From an uncultured Methylomarinum sp. (GTDB taxonomy: Bacteria > Pseudomonadota > Gammaproteobacteria > Methylococcales > Methylomonadaceae): a stretch of 33,818 nt of DNA. Position 1 is the first letter of the stretch, and each line of letters opens with the position of its first letter. The stretch spans positions 1 to 33,818 of the forward strand of contig CAYUAE010000003.1 in the NCBI GenBank assembly GCA_964442675.1, read 5' to 3'. Position numbers and translations under genes: made by a program. Below the pieces are notes generated by a model, which did not search any database, was not told where the DNA came from, and saw only the letters and a program-made list of their open reading frames with translations. Shown piece after piece: positions 28,183 through 33,818 of the stretch.

Positions 28183-28684
28183 AACAATCGATCAACTTGT
28201 AAAAAACATCAGTCATGGTGTTTATGTTATTGGTGTTAAAGATGACACTCGAGAAAATGCATTTACCGCCGCCTGGGTCATGCAAGTGTCTTTTGACCCG
28301 GTTTTATTATGCATCAGCATAAACCCTGAACATTATTCCTGGGATATTCTGCAGCAGGGGAAAATCTGTACCGTCAATGTCCTCGGTAAACAGCACTACC
28401 CTCTCGCCGAACACTTCGGCACCACAGGTCTTAAAGATAAAATGGCCGGATTTTCCTGGCAAAAAGCGCACACGGGGGCGCCGGTTTTATCCGAAAGTGT
28501 GAGCTATTTTGATTGTCGCGTCAGCCATTTTTGCGATGCCGGCGATCATAAACTGGCCATTTGTGAAGTTGTTGATGCAGGATTACTAAACCCAGGGCCG
28601 GTATTGCTTTATAGCGAAACGGATGATTTGGATGGGAGTTCTGAATTGTACGCGGATAGAAAACAGAAAAACGATGGGGTGTAA
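28175..28684 (+). CDS. Flavin reductase-like protein
   Basis: GVYVI, FTAAWVMQVSFDP, TGAPVL, GDH motifs. Confidence 0.88.
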   Translation: MHKTIDQLVKNISHGVYVIGVKDDTRENAFTAAWVMQVSFDPVLLCISINPEHYSWDILQQGKICTVNVLGKQHYPLAEHFGTTGLKDKMAGFSWQKAHTGAPVLSESVSYFDCRVSHFCDAGDHKLAICEVVDAGLLNPGPVLLYSETDDLDGSSELYADRKQKNDGV

Positions 28685-28769
28685 ACCCAGCACCTTGCTC
28701 TAAAGAACAAATTTCATACTCGCCATCAATAGTGAGGCGCGTTACAAGGTGCTGGGTAAACCCCCATCG
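28672..28769 (-). terminator. Terminator hairpin (CGATGGGG...CCCCATCG) interrupted in its loop by the MITE-like element
   Basis: 8-bp IR arms at 28672-28679 and 28762-28769; T-run on the minus strand after the left arm. Confidence 0.6.
28686..28756. mobile_element. MITE-like element, copy 2 (71 bp)
   Basis: Perfect 12-bp terminal IRs CCCAGCACCTTG / CAAGGTGCTGGG, TAAA on both sides (28682-28685, 28757-28760), internal CTCGCCATCAATAGTGAG. Confidence 0.7.
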
Positions 28770-28788
28770 ACTTGAACACAAGAACGGT

Positions 28789-29172
28789 TTAGAGCATGCC
28801 TTTTAAAGCTTCGAATTTTTTCTTGGCTTGTTTTAAATGCTCTTCTGCAACTTGTAACTGCTCTTTTTTGGCTTCTTTACGTGCTTTTTTCAAGATACCA
28901 TTGGCACGTTGACGGTTTCTGTCAACAACATCATTCGCGTTGATTTCTTTGGATGCATCGCTGGCTGATTTGATTAAAGCCGCAACGACTTCACCTTCAG
29001 AACCTGAATCAATCGCATCCATTGCTGATTTAATATTTTGTAAAACCATATCAATGGCTTGCTCTGGCGTATAGCACGTACGCCCAGCTTCACAGGCAAC
29101 AGCCGATGTTGAAAAAGAACCCAAGCTTAAAGCCAAGGAGAATGCAACGATTGCACTTTTCAAAATTTTCAT
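28789..29172 (-). CDS. Small secreted helical-bundle protein
   Basis: Signal peptide (..SAVA|C), C-x5-C at the mature N-terminus, amphipathic helices; GAGG RBS. Confidence 0.8.
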   Translation of the reverse strand: MKILKSAIVAFSLALSLGSFSTSAVACEAGRTCYTPEQAIDMVLQNIKSAMDAIDSGSEGEVVAALIKSASDASKEINANDVVDRNRQRANGILKKARKEAKKEQLQVAEEHLKQAKKKFEALKGML

Positions 29173-29288
29173 ATGTAAAACCTCATCATTGTTTTTTTAA
29201 TTTAGCACTTAAGACATTCAAGAACACCCAATGAGTCAAATGCCTCCGGCGATTCTATCATAATTTTTAAGGATTACCAGCACACGTA

Positions 29289-30116
29289 CTATACCGACCT
29301 GAGAATAGGATCCAACCATGCAGCAGGCAGGATACGCTTTAAAAATCCAAACAGATAGGTGGGAAAGGTTACATAGTAATGTAGCTTAGGCCGCTTGGAC
29401 TCGACCGCGTGAATCACTTTAATCGCAACAGCAGTTGCCGGCAGCGTAAATGGAACTACCGGGCCTTGTTGTTGCAGACGCTTTCCAATTTCCTGATAAA
29501 CAGACTTATGGACGCTGTTTTCAGCATCGATATTGCGCTTGAACATGCGGTAAGCATTTTGCCGAAACTTGCTTTCAATAGGCCCAGGCTCAATAAGCAC
29601 GACATGAATACCGCTACCATGCAGCTCCAGGCGTAATGTCGAAGCCAAACCTTCCAATGCAAACTTACTGGCATTATAAGCGCCGCGAAAGCGCATCGGT
29701 ACAAAGCCTAGAACCGAGCTGTTGTATATAATGCGCCCGTGTCCTTGTTGACGCATGACTGGAATCAACAGGTTGGTCAACTCATGGGTGCCAAAAAAAT
29801 TGGTTTCAAACTGTGCCTTCAAAACATCTCGTGTCAAATCCTCAACAGCACCCGGCTGACCATAAGCGCCATTATGAAATACGGCATCTATTTTATCGTC
29901 TGTCATCTTCAGCAAGGCTGCAACGGCCCGCTGAATACTGTCAGAGGATGCTAAATCCAGCTGTATGGCGTCAAAACCTTCCTTGTTCAGACGCTCAACA
30001 TCGTCTGCTTTACGCGCAGAACAAATAACCCTGTGACCGCGTTTTTTCAATTCCAACGCGGTTGCATAACCGATCCCGCTAGAGCAACCTGTGATAAAAA
30101 TGCTTTGAGATGACAT
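29289..30116 (-). CDS. Short-chain dehydrogenase/reductase (YbbO-like)
   Basis: TGCSSGIG, NSSVLG, YNASK, IEPGPI. Confidence 0.93.
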   Translation of the reverse strand: MSSQSIFITGCSSGIGYATALELKKRGHRVICSARKADDVERLNKEGFDAIQLDLASSDSIQRAVAALLKMTDDKIDAVFHNGAYGQPGAVEDLTRDVLKAQFETNFFGTHELTNLLIPVMRQQGHGRIIYNSSVLGFVPMRFRGAYNASKFALEGLASTLRLELHGSGIHVVLIEPGPIESKFRQNAYRMFKRNIDAENSVHKSVYQEIGKRLQQQGPVVPFTLPATAVAIKVIHAVESKRPKLHYYVTFPTYLFGFLKRILPAAWLDPILRSV

Positions 30117-30694
30117 TATTTTTTCAGTAATTCGGTTTCGCTAAAATAAAAACTCTTCCCGCTGCTGCAATCGACAAGCACAATCAGTTGGTCTTTTTTA
30201 CTGCGCGGGCTGAGTTGATCTGATTCCACTCGCGTGCATTGTCCACTCGCCAGGGCTTTTTGCGCCGCCAGTCTTCTCAGTCTTTCAATGTCAGGTAAAC
30301 GTGGCTTAAATTGTTGTGCAACGGGGGGTAATTGATTCATTTGATAAGGAGGAATCGCATAAATGGAAAATTTCGTCGGATTGTTTTGGATCAAGACCCG
30401 AGTCTTTTCCTGCTCGGCTTTAGCCGCCGCCCCCCACTGTTGTTCCAGTTGTCGTTTTTTTTGCTTTTCCAATTCCAATTGCTGCCGTTTCAATTCCTGC
30501 TGTAACTTTTGATCTTCCTTGGCCTTGACAGCAACATGGGAGCCGGTTCTCGTATCAAGCGCATAAGCCCGGCTTTTTTCTCGACATGGCTTGGCTTGAT
30601 ACGAGGTATTCCCCGTATCATCAGTACATTTATATATTTCGGCATTCGCGCTTACCGCAAAGCATGCGGCTAAAACAAAACATATTTCTTTCAT
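30116..30694 (-). CDS. DUF4124-like secreted protein
   Basis: Start reassigned to ATG 30694 (AAGGAA RBS) giving signal peptide ..SANA|EIYKC.D..G...YQ..PC; coiled-coil middle. Confidence 0.8.
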   Translation of the reverse strand: MKEICFVLAACFAVSANAEIYKCTDDTGNTSYQAKPCREKSRAYALDTRTGSHVAVKAKEDQKLQQELKRQQLELEKQKKRQLEQQWGAAAKAEQEKTRVLIQNNPTKFSIYAIPPYQMNQLPPVAQQFKPRLPDIERLRRLAAQKALASGQCTRVESDQLSPRSKKDQLIVLVDCSSGKSFYFSETELLKK

Positions 30695-30966
30695 AGTATT
30701 CCTTTTTTCAGTCAAATACTGAATAAAACCCCAGAACTCATTCAAAAGCGTGTTCTGATTGCGATAATCGCCGCCATTTGAGTTAAGCCTTTCCAACGAT
30801 TGCAATGCATATCAGTATAGTCAGAAACAAACTAAAATAGTAGTCGAGTGTTGCTTATACGCTTCAATAAGAAACAGCTGTTAGCATCAATGCTATCACT
30901 GTCATTACCCAAGCCTGCGCAATCTCGTATTTCGGGTTAAAATAAGCGTTTTTTCAGCGAATTTTC

Positions 30967-31605
30967 ATGCAATCATACAAAAAAGAATTCATTCAATACG
31001 CTTTAGACTGTGACGTTCTAAGATTTGGTCAATTTCAACTGAAATCAGGACGCATGAGTCCTTATTTTTTTAATACCGGGCTATTCAATACCGGCGCAAA
31101 ATTAGAACGGCTTGGCTATTTTTACACGCAGGCCTTGATCGAATCCAACATGGATGTAGATATATTATATGGGCCGGCTTATAAAGGTATTCCCCTGGTC
31201 AGTACGGTCTCTATCGCTTATGCCAGACAAAAGCACGATATTCCATTTGTGTTCAATCGCAAGGAAGCTAAAGACCATGGCGAAGGCGGAAACCTTGTCG
31301 GCTCACCGCTAGTTGGCAATACTTTAATTATTGATGATGTCATTACCGCCGGAACCTCGGTACGTGAATCGGTCGAAATTATTCGACAGGCCGGCGCCAA
31401 ACCTGTTGGCGTTTTGATTGCGCTGGATCGCCAGGAAAAAGGCACAAACGAAAAATCGGCTATCCAGGAAGTCGAGGAACAATTTTCCATGCCGGTTATC
31501 AGCATTATTTCACTCTCTGATATTGTAAAATTTCTTGAACTATCTCCCAATTTTCAGGCACATTTACCGGCAATAAGGCAATATCAGGAAAAATTTGGCG
31601 TGTAA
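30967..31605 (+). CDS. pyrE: Orotate phosphoribosyltransferase
   Basis: LKSGR.SPYFFN, GPAYKGIP, NRKEAKDHGEGG, IDDVITAGT, DRQEKG. Confidence 0.98.
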   Translation: MQSYKKEFIQYALDCDVLRFGQFQLKSGRMSPYFFNTGLFNTGAKLERLGYFYTQALIESNMDVDILYGPAYKGIPLVSTVSIAYARQKHDIPFVFNRKEAKDHGEGGNLVGSPLVGNTLIIDDVITAGTSVRESVEIIRQAGAKPVGVLIALDRQEKGTNEKSAIQEVEEQFSMPVISIISLSDIVKFLELSPNFQAHLPAIRQYQEKFGV

Positions 31606-31709
31606 AACCTCTCATTGCAAAAAAATTTATGATTTAGGCTACACTTACTGACAACCGGGTAAAACCCGCTCCATTACATTAAATACGGTCCATTTGGAAA
31701 AGGCTTGCT

Positions 31710-33671
31710 ATGAGTAATCCGGAATTTACAGATCAGTTACGCGAATATTCCCATTGGCGTGAACAGCTTATTCAAGCGATAGAAATGTACGTTGAATGGC
31801 GTATTCGTTACAAACTGAATGACCCTCATAGTACCGAAACCCTACTCAATATATTGAGCGGCCTGCAACATGACAAGATCACACTGGCCTTTGCCGCAGA
31901 ATTTTCCCGCGGTAAAACCGAACTGATCAATGCCTTGTTTTTTTCTGAAACAGGTGTTCGTTTACTCCCATCTTCGCCGGGCCGTACCACCATGTCACCT
32001 ACCGAGATGTTTTGGGATGAAGAAGGCGGCAGCTATATTCGACTCTTAAACATCGAAAGCCGACTCGAAGATGTGTCTCTAATCGAGTTTAAAAACAACC
32101 CTGAGCGTTGGACACAAATTGAGTTGGATTGTGACTCACCCACACAAATGCAAAAGGCCTTTAAAGAACTGGTCGCCACTAAAAAAGTATCGCGGGAAAT
32201 CGCCGAAAAATTGGGATTATGGAATGAACGAGAAGCAGCCGAGCAAGGCATTATCGACCCTGAAACGGTTGAAATTCCATGTTGGCGCCATGCGCTGATC
32301 AGCTTTCCGCATCCCTTGTTAAAACAAGGTCTCTGTATTTTGGATACACCGGGCCTGAATGCGCTTGGCACAGAGCCTGAACTCACATTGAGCATGCTGC
32401 CAAATGCACAAGCCATCATTTTTGTGCTGGCCGCCGATACGGGTGTAACGAAAAGTGACCTTGAAATGTGGAAAAATCATGTTTGTAATTCTCGCGGACA
32501 CAGCAAACAAGGCCTTGCTGTCGTCATGAACAAGATTGATGCCATGTGGGATGATCTGGCAGGAGAAGAAGGTTACGAAGACGCTATCGATAAACAAGTC
32601 GAAGCATCGGCGAGTATTTTAGGTTTAAACGAGGATGTCATTTTCCCGGTTTCCGCTAAGCAGGCCTTACTGGCCAAAATAAAATCCGACCCTAAATTGC
32701 TGCAGAAAAGCCGATTAGACAAACTGGAGCATTATTTATCCAATGATATTTTGCTGAAACGGCGCGATATCTTACTGCAAACTATCAGTAATAAAATCGG
32801 TTTTCTGGTGAATGAATCGTTAAACCTGTGTAACACCAAACTCGAAAATGCAAGCAAACAGCTGGAAGAATTCCAGAAAATGGATTTTGAAAACCATGAA
32901 ATGACGGCCAAATTGATGGCCGAAACACGGGATCAGCAAAATGCATATATGACCAACGTGGAAAATTTCCAAGCCAGTCGGAAGGTATTTAGCGTCCAGG
33001 CTAAAATGTTGGTCGAGTCATTTTCCAAGGAAAAAATTGATGAAATCATCAAGTCATCTCGGCAGGAGATGAGCAAAAGTCTGACCACTTACGGCATGAA
33101 ACAAAGTATGCGTAAATTATTTGATGACTTACGCGATTTACTCCAGGACTCTGTCGATATTACCAATGAAACACGCCGCCTGGTGCGGGCAATCCACAAG
33201 AAATTCCAGGATGAATACGGCTTTAAGGAAATAGAGCCGCAACTGTTTTCCATCAAACAATATCAATTTGAACTCGAGCAGATTTTTGAAGAAGGCGAAG
33301 CATTCCGCAACAGTACGAAAACGACCTTGACCGAGCAAAGTATTGTTGTCAATAAACTCTACAGCACACTGATTGCCAAAGCACGCAAAATCATGCAACA
33401 GGCACAAAAAGATGCCGCAAGCTGGAGCAACAGCGTTTTGACACCTTTGATGCACCAGATCAAAGATCATAAGAAACAAATTGAAAACCGTTTACAAATG
33501 CTGCGTAGAATTACCGAATCGAAAGGCAATGTAGAAGAAAACATCAATCAGCTCAAACAAGAGTTAGCACAATTAAAAAGCCAGCGCCAGGAACTTGCCA
33601 CTATCATGAAGTCTATGCATATCAATGACCTGCCTGATACACAGCAGGAAAAAGAACTCGCCTTGCATTAA
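31710..33671 (+). CDS. Bacterial dynamin-like GTPase
   Basis: G1 AEFSRGKT, G2 GRTT, G3 LDTPGL, G4 NKID, FPVSAK; long helical/coiled-coil C-terminal half. Confidence 0.9.
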   Translation: MSNPEFTDQLREYSHWREQLIQAIEMYVEWRIRYKLNDPHSTETLLNILSGLQHDKITLAFAAEFSRGKTELINALFFSETGVRLLPSSPGRTTMSPTEMFWDEEGGSYIRLLNIESRLEDVSLIEFKNNPERWTQIELDCDSPTQMQKAFKELVATKKVSREIAEKLGLWNEREAAEQGIIDPETVEIPCWRHALISFPHPLLKQGLCILDTPGLNALGTEPELTLSMLPNAQAIIFVLAADTGVTKSDLEMWKNHVCNSRGHSKQGLAVVMNKIDAMWDDLAGEEGYEDAIDKQVEASASILGLNEDVIFPVSAKQALLAKIKSDPKLLQKSRLDKLEHYLSNDILLKRRDILLQTISNKIGFLVNESLNLCNTKLENASKQLEEFQKMDFENHEMTAKLMAETRDQQNAYMTNVENFQASRKVFSVQAKMLVESFSKEKIDEIIKSSRQEMSKSLTTYGMKQSMRKLFDDLRDLLQDSVDITNETRRLVRAIHKKFQDEYGFKEIEPQLFSIKQYQFELEQIFEEGEAFRNSTKTTLTEQSIVVNKLYSTLIAKARKIMQQAQKDAASWSNSVLTPLMHQIKDHKKQIENRLQMLRRITESKGNVEENINQLKQELAQLKSQRQELATIMKSMHINDLPDTQQEKELALH

Positions 33672-33681
33672 AGATAATGAA

Positions 33682-33713
33682 TTAACTGATGTTACGCGGT
33701 TCGTGTTTTTAAT
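33682..33713 (+). repeat. 32-bp dispersed repeat, copy B
   Basis: TTAACTGATGTTACGCGGTTCGTGTTTTTAAT, 30/32 identical to 3680-3711. Confidence 0.85.
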
Positions 33714-33751
33714 CTTGAATATTCACTCCCATCACACCCCGGGAACCGTTT

Positions 33752-33817
33752 CTAGGAGCCTTCGTCCAGTGCAGGTGATGAGGCATCACTGTCTATAAAT
33801 GTTTTTTCTGTTCTTGT
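33752..33817 (-). CDS. Possible 3' end of a convergent gene entering from the right edge (...TRTEKTFIDSDASSPALDEGS*)
   Basis: Open minus-strand frame from the edge to TAG at 33752-33754; too short to identify. Confidence 0.3.
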   Translation of the reverse strand, partial: TRTEKTFIDSDASSPALDEGS

Positions 33818-33818
33818 T

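Noticed and set aside
30695-30805. N-terminal extension of the DUF4124-like ORF
   Set aside because: RBS and signal peptide indicate a start at 30694
31615-31645. sigma70-like TTGCAA...TACACT upstream of dynamin
   Set aside because: 19-bp spacer in AT-rich DNA; too weak to call
3680-33713. 32-bp direct repeats as attL/attR of a 30-kb genomic island
   Set aside because: The interval contains core genes (nadC, ampD, pyrE, proA) and no integrase or tRNA; a third, inverted core copy argues for a dispersed repeat
1-33818. CRISPR array, tRNA/rRNA, integron attC array, transposase
   Set aside because: No regularly spaced repeats, cloverleaf, or recombinase/transposase motifs seen by eye

Overview
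A chromosomal window, most consistent with a Methylococcales-like gammaproteobacterium (inferred from gene content and style only). Left to right it holds: an atypical Hsp70; a sigma54-promoted AlgE-like porin; and a long minus-strand unit fba - proA - mksF/E/B/G (Wadjet jetABCD-like condensin plus Toprim nuclease) - 5'-nucleotidase. Next come a porin / small binding protein / GGDEF-EAL signalling trio, a DUF4332-like HhH protein, and an orphan lipid/aryl-polyene-type export module (lipoprotein, membrane protein, LolA-like, MMPL). The most intriguing system is a tightly coupled 7-gene operon built around an MglA-like small GTPase, two Roadblock proteins, a stand-alone Aer-type PAS sensor and a signal-peptide-less solute-binding protein. 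The right end carries ampD, nadC, a flavin reductase, a small secreted helical protein, an SDR, a DUF4124-like protein, pyrE and a dynamin-like GTPase. Non-coding structure includes two homologous MITE-like elements (2236-2333 and 28686-28756), each flanked by a TAAA duplication and inserted at the apex of a hairpin, and a dispersed CTGATGTTACGC(G/A)GT motif at the 3' ends of three genes. No rRNA, tRNA, CRISPR array or transposase was seen.
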